Source: a virus. From it: a stretch of DNA of 64,000 bases. How positions within the stretch are numbered: the stretch's first letter is position 1; each line of letters begins with the position of its first letter. This document shows, in pieces, positions 10,185 to 19,944 of this stretch. The stretch is taken from the IMG/VR virus record IMGVR_UViG_3300025127_006147, positions 1-64,000 of that record; one strand, given 5' to 3'. The notes below the pieces were generated by a model, which ran no database searches, was not told where the DNA came from, and saw nothing but the letters and a program-made list of their open reading frames with translations. Both the position numbers and the translations under genes were made by a program.

Positions 10185-11124
10185 TTTTTATTTCTTTTTT
10201 AAACCAATTAACAAACTTAACTAATCCTTCATTAAGTGTACACACTGGAGACCACCCAATGTCCTTATAAAGTTTGTTAGATGTAGTGTAAGCATGCATT
10301 ATATCACCTTTTCTATGATAATCTGTTACAATTATTTTAGAATTAGAGTCTATTAATTTTTTTAACTGTTGAGTAACATCTAGAATTTTGGATGGTATAC
10401 CTGTACCTATATCGTAAGTTTTGTAGTTAGTATTTTCATTAATTATACAACCTAGTGTAGCATTTACCACATCGTTAACATATATGAAGTCTCTAGTAGG
10501 TTTTCCATTATCAAATATTGTGACATCTTTATTATTAATAAATAAATTACTAAAAATACTAATGATACCAGTATATGGATTATTTAAACTTTGTCCATCT
10601 CCAAAAACATTTTGATACCTTAAAATGGTATACGGTACTTTACTAGATGTTTTTATTAATTGTTCTTGTGTTAATTTTGTAATAGCGTAGACTGATTTGG
10701 GTTCTAAAAATTTATTATTTTCATCATTAATACCTTCACCATAGACCGCTCTACTAGAGGATAATATAATTTTTTTAGTACCATACTTACCACTATTAAT
10801 TAAATCTAACATTAATGAAGTTCCTACAATATTGGTAGTGGTGTACCTGTTAATTTCATCCATGGATTGTCCTGTACCAGTTTCTGAAGCTAAATGTAGT
10901 ATTACTTCAGGATTAAATTCTAGAGCCTTTTTCCAGTCACTCTCATTTCTAACATCACCAATAATATAAGTAACACCATCAATTAACTCTGGTGTATTAC
11001 CGTGAATTTGTTCTAACATATTGTCAAGAACCACAATTTTATAAGTTTGTGAGGAGTCCAAAACTAATTTATTAATTATTTTAGAACCTATAAAACCTGC
11101 TCCCCCCGTTATTAATATTTTCAC
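10177..11124 (-). CDS. NAD-dependent nucleotide-sugar epimerase/dehydratase (extended SDR)
   Basis: GGAGFIGS, SSRAVYG, YAITK (YxxxK), RYQNVFG, RDFIYVND. Confidence 0.9.
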   Translation of the reverse strand: MKILITGGAGFIGSKIINKLVLDSSQTYKIVVLDNMLEQIHGNTPELIDGVTYIIGDVRNESDWKKALEFNPEVILHLASETGTGQSMDEINRYTTTNIVGTSLMLDLINSGKYGTKKIILSSSRAVYGEGINDENNKFLEPKSVYAITKLTQEQLIKTSSKVPYTILRYQNVFGDGQSLNNPYTGIISIFSNLFINNKDVTIFDNGKPTRDFIYVNDVVNATLGCIINENTNYKTYDIGTGIPSKILDVTQQLKKLIDSNSKIIVTDYHRKGDIMHAYTTSNKLYKDIGWSPVCTLNEGLVKFVNWFKKEIKNG

Positions 11125-12521
11125 TGTTTATTTATTAAACAAAGTTTATTTATACCCCACATTGTTTTTGGTAATAAAAACATTTTCATGTCTTTAATGT
11201 TTTTTGTTAAAAACTCGTTTTCATTTTTAGTTAAATGATTACTACTAAAAATATTTTCATCTATATATCTTTCTAATACATTTACTGTAGACTGTCCCTC
11301 TTTGAAAGACATGTCATACCCATAAAGGGTTTTACCTTGCCAAACTTCTCCGTCCGAAGTGTGTAAATCTTCAATCCAGTACTGGCCTCCTTTTTTAAGA
11401 TGTTTAAATAAAGTACCTAAACTAACTAGTTGATGTTCTATTACATGTGAACCATCGTCTAGTATTACGTCTAAAGGACCTATTTTTTCCATTAAAGATT
11501 CTAGTTGTTCCCTATTTCCTTGGTCACAGACATGTGTTGTTACTCTATCATTATTGTGTCCTGAACAATCATTAATATCTATAGCGTGTATTGTCGCGTT
11601 TGGAAAAAACTCATACCACATTTTAAGTGATGGGCCACCACCAATTCCAATCTCTAAAAAGTTAAGTTTATCATACCTTATCTTTTCAAGATAATCACCA
11701 TAAATTGTACTAAAATGTAGTCTTGGCCCATGTCTTCTACCATCATTAGGTATGGTAGTACCCTTATCGGAACTATATTTATTTGCAAGTTCTGTTAAAA
11801 AATTATCCATATTTTTACTATCTTTCTTGTGTATTTTATTTTTGTAATATCTCCATTCTTTTTCTTCTAATTCTCTATGGGTCTGATATACCTGGTCATC
11901 ATGTATTCTAATTATTATTGATATTTCTGGAATTACTAGAGGTGCACCATAAAGTTCATACAACTGTTTATGCATATCTAAGTCATTTATTATTATCAGA
12001 TTTTCATCAAACAATGTCATATTATTTCTATCGTGTTTAAAAAATGAAATGGAAGGACAGCCAAAAAATTTAAAATTTTCACCATCAAATTGTGGGAAAG
12101 GAGAGGCTGGGTCTTTAAATATGTTTTCATTTTCGTGGTAGTGAATAAACCCCAAACCACCCCATTTATATTCAGTTCCACTTAACGATTTATTAAGTGT
12201 TTCTAAAACATTTGGGTTAGAAAACCTATCATCCATATGCATTATTTTAATAAAATCACCCGTTGAATGTTTAATAGCGTTATTCATATTGATGGAACTG
12301 TTACCCCTACCTTTTTCACAAAATATATGTTTAACATTTAATTTTTTTTCCCATATAGTTATAAGATTTTTTATATCATTATTTTTAGAATGGTCTGACA
12401 CAATAACTTCATAGTTATCGTATGTTTGCCCTTGAATTGTCATTAACAAATCAGTAAGTAATTCACACCCTTTATTATTTGCCTCATAAGTGGGGATACA
12501 TATTGAAAATTTCAAACTCAT
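11121..12521 (-). CDS. Fusion: GT2 glycosyltransferase + sugar O-methyltransferase (MycE/ElmM-like class I SAM MTase)
   Basis: N-half FSICIPTY..EVIVSDHS..MHMDD (GT2). C-half KYSSDKG..LEIGIGGGPSLKMWYEFFPNA..AIDI..LDDGSH..GGQYWIEDL. ATG at 12521 (ATGA overlap with the GT11 stop) preferred over the track's TTG at 12533. Confidence 0.78.
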   Translation of the reverse strand: MSLKFSICIPTYEANNKGCELLTDLLMTIQGQTYDNYEVIVSDHSKNNDIKNLITIWEKKLNVKHIFCEKGRGNSSINMNNAIKHSTGDFIKIMHMDDRFSNPNVLETLNKSLSGTEYKWGGLGFIHYHENENIFKDPASPFPQFDGENFKFFGCPSISFFKHDRNNMTLFDENLIIINDLDMHKQLYELYGAPLVIPEISIIIRIHDDQVYQTHRELEEKEWRYYKNKIHKKDSKNMDNFLTELANKYSSDKGTTIPNDGRRHGPRLHFSTIYGDYLEKIRYDKLNFLEIGIGGGPSLKMWYEFFPNATIHAIDINDCSGHNNDRVTTHVCDQGNREQLESLMEKIGPLDVILDDGSHVIEHQLVSLGTLFKHLKKGGQYWIEDLHTSDGEVWQGKTLYGYDMSFKEGQSTVNVLERYIDENIFSSNHLTKNENEFLTKNIKDMKMFLLPKTMWGINKLCLINKQ

Positions 12522-13285
12522 ATTATTTTCCAAGTATTAGGTATTAAATCTTTAGTTTCGTGATTTACTCCAGGACCAAACCAAATTGAGGGGGCTACTA
12601 CTTTTTTATCGACATTTTTATTTAACCAAGCACCCCACCAAGAAAAAGAAGAATTTGCTATTATATTATTTTTACACATACTCATTAAGTATAAGTCCTC
12701 AAAATCGGTATTGCCTTCTACAAATATAAATGAACTTCCTTTAAAAGTATTTTTACACCATTCTATATCATCCGAAAAAACTAAAAAAACATTATTACCA
12801 CCGATATAATTTATAGCTTCACCATAATAAACAGAAGAACAAACCGGATGGTGATTAGGTAATCGTAAATAATCTCCTCGTCTAACATGAATACTACAAA
12901 TGTTAGATTTACTAATAAAAGGATATTTGGTTTTTAGTTTTTCTATTATATCCTGTGTCGGTGAAAAAAACTGTAAAATTTCTTCCCTACGGTGATTAAA
13001 ATATTTTTCACTTTGAAAGTACCCATTTAATCTAATATTGGGTACATAATCAATTTTGTTGAAATGGAAATTAGGTTCGTTGTAGTGAACTACACTAGAA
13101 TTAATTTTATTAAAATTTATATTTCTAAAAATATTATCTCTATAACTATCAATGGGTTTATGGACTACCGTAGCATCATTATCGTCATATACTAATGTGT
13201 CTTTATTATCAAGACATAAAGCCAAACTAGTTGCTATTTGAAATAGATAATTTCCTAAACCCCCTATAAGATTAGAATTAACCAT
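12518..13285 (-). CDS. Glycosyltransferase family 11 (alpha-1,2-fucosyl/colitosyltransferase-like)
   Basis: GGLGNYLFQ, GYFQSEKYF, SIHVRRGDY, FSDD, NSSFSWWGAWL: the full GT11 motif set. Confidence 0.92.
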   Translation of the reverse strand: MVNSNLIGGLGNYLFQIATSLALCLDNKDTLVYDDNDATVVHKPIDSYRDNIFRNINFNKINSSVVHYNEPNFHFNKIDYVPNIRLNGYFQSEKYFNHRREEILQFFSPTQDIIEKLKTKYPFISKSNICSIHVRRGDYLRLPNHHPVCSSVYYGEAINYIGGNNVFLVFSDDIEWCKNTFKGSSFIFVEGNTDFEDLYLMSMCKNNIIANSSFSWWGAWLNKNVDKKVVAPSIWFGPGVNHETKDLIPNTWKII

Positions 13286-13289
13286 TTTA

Positions 13290-13913
13290 TTACTTTATTA
13301 AACATCTATTAAAAAATTCTATCATCCAACCATAGTCAGCGTGTTGGTTTTCTATATTACTATACCCTTCTTGTTGTATACATAACATGGGGTTCATAAT
13401 AAAAGTTTTTTGTCTAGGGACGATATGCCTACAGTAAAAAACATCTATAATCGGATGAAATGGTGCTTCTTTCAATATAAAATCATACATGGTATGATTT
13501 ATTGCGTAAGCGTGAGTTGTGTAAGCAAAATTAGTTTTAACTAAATTAGGTGTGTGGGTTACTAATCTCCCCACATTAGGGTCTACCGTAGCTCCTAAGT
13601 AAAATAAATCCCAATCCTGGTCCGTGAGTTGGTCTAGAGATTTATTTAAATGTGTGATGTTTTCATCTATAACTAACACATCATCTTCAAATATTAAGAC
13701 GTTTTTTAATCCTTCATCTTTAGCTTTTTTAATAATACTTAGATGACTTTCTCTACAACCTAAAGCTCCATTATCGAATTTTAATGCTGGAAAATGTAAA
13801 ACTTTATCCTTTATGTTTAATTTATCGAATTCTTTTTGTGCTTGTTCCCACCTATCAGTTCTTTCTTCTAGGTTTATACAAAACATCCCATCAAAAAATT
13901 TTTCTAGTCCCAT
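13290..13913 (-). CDS. Glycosyltransferase family 25
   Basis: CINLEERTDRW, GCRESH, LIFEDD, THAYAI. Confidence 0.87.
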   Translation of the reverse strand: MGLEKFFDGMFCINLEERTDRWEQAQKEFDKLNIKDKVLHFPALKFDNGALGCRESHLSIIKKAKDEGLKNVLIFEDDVLVIDENITHLNKSLDQLTDQDWDLFYLGATVDPNVGRLVTHTPNLVKTNFAYTTHAYAINHTMYDFILKEAPFHPIIDVFYCRHIVPRQKTFIMNPMLCIQQEGYSNIENQHADYGWMIEFFNRCLIK

Positions 13914-13932
13914 GAGTCAAATAATTTATTGA

Positions 13933-14580
13933 TTACTTTAATTTATTTTTAAACTCATCCACAGTAACCACATTCATTAGTGAATTACGTTCATTTTTAA
14001 ATAATTTCCAGTTAAGTTCCTCCATGTTTAAAATTTCTTTTTCCGACACAAAAGGTTCTTGTTCTCCTTTTTGTATAATACCTAAACCACAATCAGTGTC
14101 AATAGTATACATATTCAGGTCTTTTCTAGTCATCCGATAAAAAGCAAAAGATTTCCACACAGTACCCCACCAACCAAAACCAAAGTCTTTTTCTAATTGA
14201 CCTTCGTATCTTTCTGGCAAACAGTCATGTATTACAATAGTCCCACCCTCGTTTAAAAAACGTAATGAGTTATCGATATCTCTTTTAACCTGCCAGTCCA
14301 AATGAAGACCATCTATAAACACAATATCTAACATTTGTTTATTCTGTTCAAAAAACTCGTCGGAAGTCATAACGAATTGTATTTGATTAGAAAATATTTC
14401 CCTATTATCATCACCCCAATGTGTAGCTACTCTTAGGTTTTTATCGTATGGGTCAACACCTATTTTATTTTCAATTTCTATTTTATTAAAATTTAAATCT
14501 GGATTATCTATTCCAATCTCTAAATAGGTTTTATACCCATTATGTTTTATAAATTTATTAATTGCTTCTGTTCTAGTCAT
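13933..14580 (-). CDS. Class I SAM-dependent methyltransferase (Methyltransf_24-like)
   Basis: YLEIGI, GVDP, TSDEFF, DIVFIDGLH, GGTIVIHDC. Confidence 0.85.
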   Translation of the reverse strand: MTRTEAINKFIKHNGYKTYLEIGIDNPDLNFNKIEIENKIGVDPYDKNLRVATHWGDDNREIFSNQIQFVMTSDEFFEQNKQMLDIVFIDGLHLDWQVKRDIDNSLRFLNEGGTIVIHDCLPERYEGQLEKDFGFGWWGTVWKSFAFYRMTRKDLNMYTIDTDCGLGIIQKGEQEPFVSEKEILNMEELNWKLFKNERNSLMNVVTVDEFKNKLK

Positions 14581-14588
14581 GATTGTAT

Positions 14589-15350
14589 TTAAATTTTTAT
14601 TTTAAAGTAATTAGGTACTATTTCACATTTAGGTTCGTCAGTATCTATATTGTATGTTATTATTTTATTTGCTCTTTCATCTATAACACCGTCATTTTTA
14701 TAGTTTAATCTACAAGTCCAAGACTCATATTTTTTTCTAATATCTTTTCTTATTGTAGTATAGTGGTGCATAAGAATATCTTTCTTATCAAATAAGTGAG
14801 GGTTATGGTATGTGTTAACTATTCTAGTCGGGTCTATCTGTGAAACAAAATATTCACCACCCAAAACTAACTGTGTATTATCATAAATTTTATTAATAAA
14901 AGGTACCTTATAAGGTTCTGACAAACCAATAACTCGATATTCAGGAATTTTGTGGTAATTCTGTATCCAACACACTGAAGTGTCTATATCTTTAGTTTTA
15001 ATAAATTCTTTAGCTTTATTAAACTCTTCTTTAAAATAAAATTCATCACAATCCATTGTCATAAAGTGTGTGTAACCTAAACTTTTAACTTTTTCTAAAC
15101 CTATATTTTTTTTATTTAGTTCGTTCATTTGAGGACCGATAGGTGATGTCTTGTAAGAGATATATTCATTTATGAGTCCTTTTTTATAAAGATTAATGAC
15201 AGTATCTTCCACATCTGGATTAAAAACACCAAAATTAGAGGTGGTCTGATATACCACTATAATATAATCCACACATTCTTTTATAGAGTTAATTGATTGT
15301 TCTAATAGTTCTTCACCATCAAATACGTTATATATTGCTGCTAATTTCAT
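14589..15350 (-). CDS. Putative GT-A-fold glycosyltransferase, paralog 1
   Basis: YNVFDGEELLEQSINSI, DYIIVVYQ, NIGL, MDCDEFY (DxD), DPTR, MHH; near-identical architecture to the next gene. Confidence 0.6.
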   Translation of the reverse strand: MKLAAIYNVFDGEELLEQSINSIKECVDYIIVVYQTTSNFGVFNPDVEDTVINLYKKGLINEYISYKTSPIGPQMNELNKKNIGLEKVKSLGYTHFMTMDCDEFYFKEEFNKAKEFIKTKDIDTSVCWIQNYHKIPEYRVIGLSEPYKVPFINKIYDNTQLVLGGEYFVSQIDPTRIVNTYHNPHLFDKKDILMHHYTTIRKDIRKKYESWTCRLNYKNDGVIDERANKIITYNIDTDEPKCEIVPNYFKIKI

Positions 15351-16114
15351 AAAAATAATTTTTTAGTTTTCTTTAAATTTACAAGTTCTTCATTAGGTTT
15401 ATACATCAAACCTTGTTGTGGATATTCCCACTCATTAAAATGTTTAACTATTTTATTTATATTATTAAAATTAGGTGATGATGAAGAGTTAGTCAACTTA
15501 ATCTTTAAATCTTTTCTAATATAACTCATATGGTGCATTTCAATTTCTTCTCTGGTAAATATTTTACATTTACCGGATTCCATTCTTCTCGTAGGGTCCA
15601 CTAACGTGGGAAATGGTAAACCCATAACATATTGTTTACCACTCTTTATTTTATAAATTAAAGAAACGTAGTAGTCTTCATGGGGGTCTAACCTATAGAT
15701 TGGTTCCTTATAATAAGTTACCATTTGGCAACACGAAGAATCATAATCACCTTCTATCATTTCTTTTTTTAAAAATTTAAACTGTTCGTCTGTATAAAAT
15801 TCATCTGAATCCATGGCCATATGATGTGTACATTTTGCACCTTCAGATAAAAATAAACCTATATTTCTTTTACTTATTTCATTAAAGTGTCCTCCTCTTT
15901 GAGGTTGTGGCCTGTACTTAAAAACTTCATCTACCAGACCTTCATTTTTTAATCTATTAATTAGTGGTATTAAATTTTCGTTACATGGATTACCAAAATT
16001 CGATATCTCTTGATAAACCACAGAAATGTAATCTACGTTTTTTCTAATACTTTTTATAGAATTCTCTAGGAGCTCCTCTCCGTCAAATATATTATAACTT
16101 ACACCTAATTTCAT
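15347..16114 (-). CDS. Putative GT-A-fold glycosyltransferase, paralog 2
   Basis: YNIFDGEELLENSIKSI, DYISVVYQ, NIGL, MDSDEFY (DxD), DPTR, MHH. Confidence 0.6.
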   Translation of the reverse strand: MKLGVSYNIFDGEELLENSIKSIRKNVDYISVVYQEISNFGNPCNENLIPLINRLKNEGLVDEVFKYRPQPQRGGHFNEISKRNIGLFLSEGAKCTHHMAMDSDEFYTDEQFKFLKKEMIEGDYDSSCCQMVTYYKEPIYRLDPHEDYYVSLIYKIKSGKQYVMGLPFPTLVDPTRRMESGKCKIFTREEIEMHHMSYIRKDLKIKLTNSSSSPNFNNINKIVKHFNEWEYPQQGLMYKPNEELVNLKKTKKLFL

Positions 16115-17649
16115 ATTGTCAATTCTTTATATTTATTTTTTATTAGTAAAGATAAATTGTTTTTATCTATATTAGAAAAATTACTATGACATCCTTTAGA
16201 TTTTATTATTTTAGGTAATAAACGATACATATAATCTTCAGCTTCCCTTTTTAATTTTTCTTTATCTTTATTTCTAGTTTGACTTTCATAGTGATAAGCA
16301 ACCGCTGTCCCTATAAAGTAATTTTTATATTTTCTATTTAAACATTCTATGTTTAATTCTACATCTTCAAAACATTCGGTATATGACTCCTTAAATCCAC
16401 CAATCTGTTTAAACAAATCTTTTTTAATCATCATAAAAGCTGCGGTATTACCAAAAACTTCCTTTCTACCCTGATGGTAATTAAAGTATGTACCTATACC
16501 ATGATGACTAACCCTAATGTTATATTTGTCATCTACAAAAGCAATAACACCAGAATGTTGCACCCTATTATCACCAAAGTGTAACCTTATACCCACTGTA
16601 CCAGTTTTTTTATTAGTATTGTAAACCTCAACCATCTGAGTAATTGAGTTATTTAATAATTTAATATCATTATTACAAAACAACAGTAATTCTACATCGT
16701 CATCGACATGGTTAGATACTATGTCATTATTAATACTTGCAAAGTTATAGTAATTATATTCTATTAATTTAATATTTTTTTTATCCTTTATGTATTCCTC
16801 TATTTCATCTAACTCTTCTAGTGATGAACCAGTATCACCTATATAGATTTTTAAATTAGGATACCCATCCATATCAAATATGGAATCTATACAGTCTTTA
16901 AGTAGGTTAACATTACCTTTAGTGGGAATTACCACACCCACACCTGGTAATTTTTTAAGTTTAATTTTTTTATCTGTTAATAAGATTTGTGGGGTAAGTT
17001 CGTAAGGTAGATTTTGTGAGTTTTTTTCAACAAACTGTCTTCTATTCACTTCCCATTCTTCGTTAGTTTGGCCTATAGATTTATGGGTTATAGTTATGTT
17101 GGTTATCACACCTACTTTAGTTCCTTTTAAATGGTTATTAAAACAAAAATCTATTTCATAAAAGTGAAATCCTTTAATATTTTCGTCGAAGTCAGTACTT
17201 AATCTGTTTTTAGAAACAGCAAAAAATAAACCATCTACTAATATACTTTCTAATATTTCGTCCCCAAATTTTGGTGAGTAAGCACTATTCCAAGTTTTAC
17301 CTTCATGTGTGTGTTTAACTTGACCTAACATTAAAGATGGGTTTTGCCACCATCTTCCAGTAGATTGCATTTCAGTAGTTCCCGCAACACCTAGAATACC
17401 AAAATTAGTATTATTAAAATGGGATATAATCCTCTTACCCCAATTTTTAGTATTGAAGATGATATCATTGTGACAAAAAATTACAATATCATTTTTAGTT
17501 TCTTTTAAAGCTTTATTGTAAAATTTTGTTAGGGGTTCTCCTTTATTAATATATTCGATTATTTCTACTTCTTTTAAACCCACAGTTTTTTTAATGTGAG
17601 AAATATGAGATTCCATAGGTTTTGGAGTACAATAAACAACACTTAACAT
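16111..17649 (-). CDS. Two-domain GT2-like glycosyltransferase
   Basis: N-domain FCHNDI..GVAG..DGLF..GFHFYEIDFC; C-domain VVIPTK..DTGS..NFASINN..CNNDI..TAAFMMI..GGF..FEDVELN. Confidence 0.82.
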   Translation of the reverse strand: MLSVVYCTPKPMESHISHIKKTVGLKEVEIIEYINKGEPLTKFYNKALKETKNDIVIFCHNDIIFNTKNWGKRIISHFNNTNFGILGVAGTTEMQSTGRWWQNPSLMLGQVKHTHEGKTWNSAYSPKFGDEILESILVDGLFFAVSKNRLSTDFDENIKGFHFYEIDFCFNNHLKGTKVGVITNITITHKSIGQTNEEWEVNRRQFVEKNSQNLPYELTPQILLTDKKIKLKKLPGVGVVIPTKGNVNLLKDCIDSIFDMDGYPNLKIYIGDTGSSLEELDEIEEYIKDKKNIKLIEYNYYNFASINNDIVSNHVDDDVELLLFCNNDIKLLNNSITQMVEVYNTNKKTGTVGIRLHFGDNRVQHSGVIAFVDDKYNIRVSHHGIGTYFNYHQGRKEVFGNTAAFMMIKKDLFKQIGGFKESYTECFEDVELNIECLNRKYKNYFIGTAVAYHYESQTRNKDKEKLKREAEDYMYRLLPKIIKSKGCHSNFSNIDKNNLSLLIKNKYKELTI

Positions 17650-18617
17650 TACAAATAAGATTTTACAGTTTCAGTGATTCCTAAGTTAAAGTTTACTTCT
17701 GGTTTCCATCTTAACTTTGTGTAAATTTTATCAAAGTTTATAGAGTACCTTAAATCATGACCAGGACGGTCACCAACAAACGATATTAATCTAGAAGACG
17801 TTCCAGGCACTAAACCCTTTATGTTATCGTAGGTTGAACAAATTTTCTTTATTAATTCTAAATTAGTTAATTCAAAGTCACCACCAACATTATATCTTTC
17901 ACCACTTTTTCCCGAATGAAAAACTTTATCTATGGCTTTTACATGGTCGTTTACGTGTATCCAATCCCTTATATTACCACCATCACCATATACAGGGATT
18001 TGTGTATTTTCTTTTAAACATTTAATTACTTTAGGTATTAATTTTTCTGTGTGTTGTTTAGGACCATAGTTGTTAGAACAATGGGTAATACAACCAGGTA
18101 AGTTAAATGTTCTAAAAGCGGCTAAAACTAAAAAATCTGCAGACGCTTTAGACGCTGAATAGGGAGAACTTGGTGCAAAAGGAGTAAATTCATAAAAAGT
18201 TCTTCCGTCATCAAAGTTAAGACTTCCATAGACCTCATCAGTAGATACTTGTAAAAATTTGTTAACTTTATATTTTAAAGAAGCATTTATTAATGTTTGG
18301 GTTCCTATGACATTTGTCTCTAAAAAGATATCGGGACTATCAATTGAATTATCTACGTGTGTTTCTGCTGCTACGTTTATAACACCATCATAATTGTTTA
18401 ACTCAAACAAACTGTTTACATATCTTTTATTAGTTATATCTACTTCGTGAAATTTTATTTTATCAATATAATCCTCTAAATTTTTTTTGTTTCCAGCATA
18501 GGTTAAACAGTCCATGACATGAATGTCGTAAGTAGGATAGTTGTCTACCATATGTTTAACTAGATGTGAACCTATAAATCCAGCTCCTCCAGTTATTAAA
18601 ATAGTTCTTTTTTGCAT
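17649..18617 (-). CDS. rfbB: dTDP-glucose 4,6-dehydratase
   Basis: GGAGFIGS, DCLTYAGN, AAETHVDNSI, STDEVYG, SPYSASK, SNNYGP, RDWIHV, DRPGHDLRY. Confidence 0.92.
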   Translation of the reverse strand: MQKRTILITGGAGFIGSHLVKHMVDNYPTYDIHVMDCLTYAGNKKNLEDYIDKIKFHEVDITNKRYVNSLFELNNYDGVINVAAETHVDNSIDSPDIFLETNVIGTQTLINASLKYKVNKFLQVSTDEVYGSLNFDDGRTFYEFTPFAPSSPYSASKASADFLVLAAFRTFNLPGCITHCSNNYGPKQHTEKLIPKVIKCLKENTQIPVYGDGGNIRDWIHVNDHVKAIDKVFHSGKSGERYNVGGDFELTNLELIKKICSTYDNIKGLVPGTSSRLISFVGDRPGHDLRYSINFDKIYTKLRWKPEVNFNLGITETVKSYL

Positions 18618-18625
18618 TAGATTTT

Positions 18626-19255
18626 TTATTTTATACCAGTACTACCAAAACCTCCTTTTTCTCTGTTAGAGGCATTTAGTGTACCCACTTTATTTAATTT
18701 TCCCCACACCTTATCTAATACTGGTGATATAACACCTTGAGCTACTCTGTCACCATTAGTAATAACAAAATCTTTTTCACCTAAATTAATTAAAATTATT
18801 TTAACTTCTCCTCTATAGTTACTATCTACAGTACCTGGTGTATTTAAAACGGTTATCCCGTTTTTTAATGCTAAACCACTCCGTGGTCTTACTTGTAATT
18901 CATAACCTCTAGGTACCTCAAAGTAAAGGCCTGTAGGAATCAATTTTCTAGACCCAGGTTTTATAGTTATGCTTTCTTCTTGATTTAAGTTTGCTCTAAA
19001 ATCAAAACCACTATCTCCTTCATGAAAGTAATCTGGGTCCGTATTATTACTTTTATTTAAAAATTTTATTTCTATTTTAGGTTTAGTTATCTTTGTACTA
19101 TTGGTGGGTAGTGTTAAAGTCTCACCAATGTCACTAAATTTTTCTAAAATCTTTTCGGTCTCTGGTAGGGTGTCAGATTGTGGAATTAAATTATTAATTT
19201 CACTAATCGTTTCTTTTAATTTTTTAATATCAGCTATTATTTTTTCTTTTCCCAT
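18626..19255 (-). CDS. dut: Trimeric dUTPase with N-terminal extension
   Basis: DSGFD, PRSGLA, GTVDSNYRGEV, DRVAQ, RxxGGFGSTG motifs. Confidence 0.95.
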   Translation of the reverse strand: MGKEKIIADIKKLKETISEINNLIPQSDTLPETEKILEKFSDIGETLTLPTNSTKITKPKIEIKFLNKSNNTDPDYFHEGDSGFDFRANLNQEESITIKPGSRKLIPTGLYFEVPRGYELQVRPRSGLALKNGITVLNTPGTVDSNYRGEVKIILINLGEKDFVITNGDRVAQGVISPVLDKVWGKLNKVGTLNASNREKGGFGSTGIK

Positions 19256-19944
19256 TATGTAATATGTTTTACTAATTTTATAGTTGCCGTAACATCATTT
19301 TCACAATACTCCCTTATTTTATCCATATCTCTTTTTTCACTATAATAAAATTGATGCAGGAGGTCACCCTTTAGGTCTCCAGATTTAGGAGATTTTATAC
19401 CTAAAGAAGCACAAATTAAGTCTAGTGACGATAACCCAATATACGAATTAAAACCCCATACCTCTTTGGTGTCAACAACTCTGGTCTCCCAAGGTTTATC
19501 ATTATAGGTGGGTAAAATTTTAGGTAGAGTTATACCATGTACTAACATTTTTTTACCAATATACGGTAAATCAAAGTTTTTGATATTGTGTCCACAAATT
19601 CTAAACCCTAATTTATCAACCCTATTAAATAACTCACAAAGATTACCCAATATTTCTTTTTCCTCACCAACAAAACTATCTAGTTTAATTTCTCCATTAG
19701 GCACTATAAACCCTACAGAGGCACAAACTATTTTACCAAACTCAGGGAGTAAGGCTGCTTTTTTAATAAACATTTCATTACTATATAGGTCTTCATTGGG
19801 GTACCTCCTTTTACAGTAATCGTATCCAGTTTCATCCCACATTTTACTTAAATGTGGAAACTCTACATGTAAAGAATCCAAATCTTCCTCAATACCTACC
19901 GTTTCTATGTCTAGAAATAAAAGTTTATTTATATCTTTAATCAT
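19255..19944 (-). CDS. Stand-alone 3'-5' exonuclease related to the PolB proofreading domain (DnaQ-like)
   Basis: LFLDIETV (ExoI), GHNIKNFDLPY (ExoII), YCENDV (ExoIII). Confidence 0.87.
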   Translation of the reverse strand: MIKDINKLLFLDIETVGIEEDLDSLHVEFPHLSKMWDETGYDYCKRRYPNEDLYSNEMFIKKAALLPEFGKIVCASVGFIVPNGEIKLDSFVGEEKEILGNLCELFNRVDKLGFRICGHNIKNFDLPYIGKKMLVHGITLPKILPTYNDKPWETRVVDTKEVWGFNSYIGLSSLDLICASLGIKSPKSGDLKGDLLHQFYYSEKRDMDKIREYCENDVTATIKLVKHIT

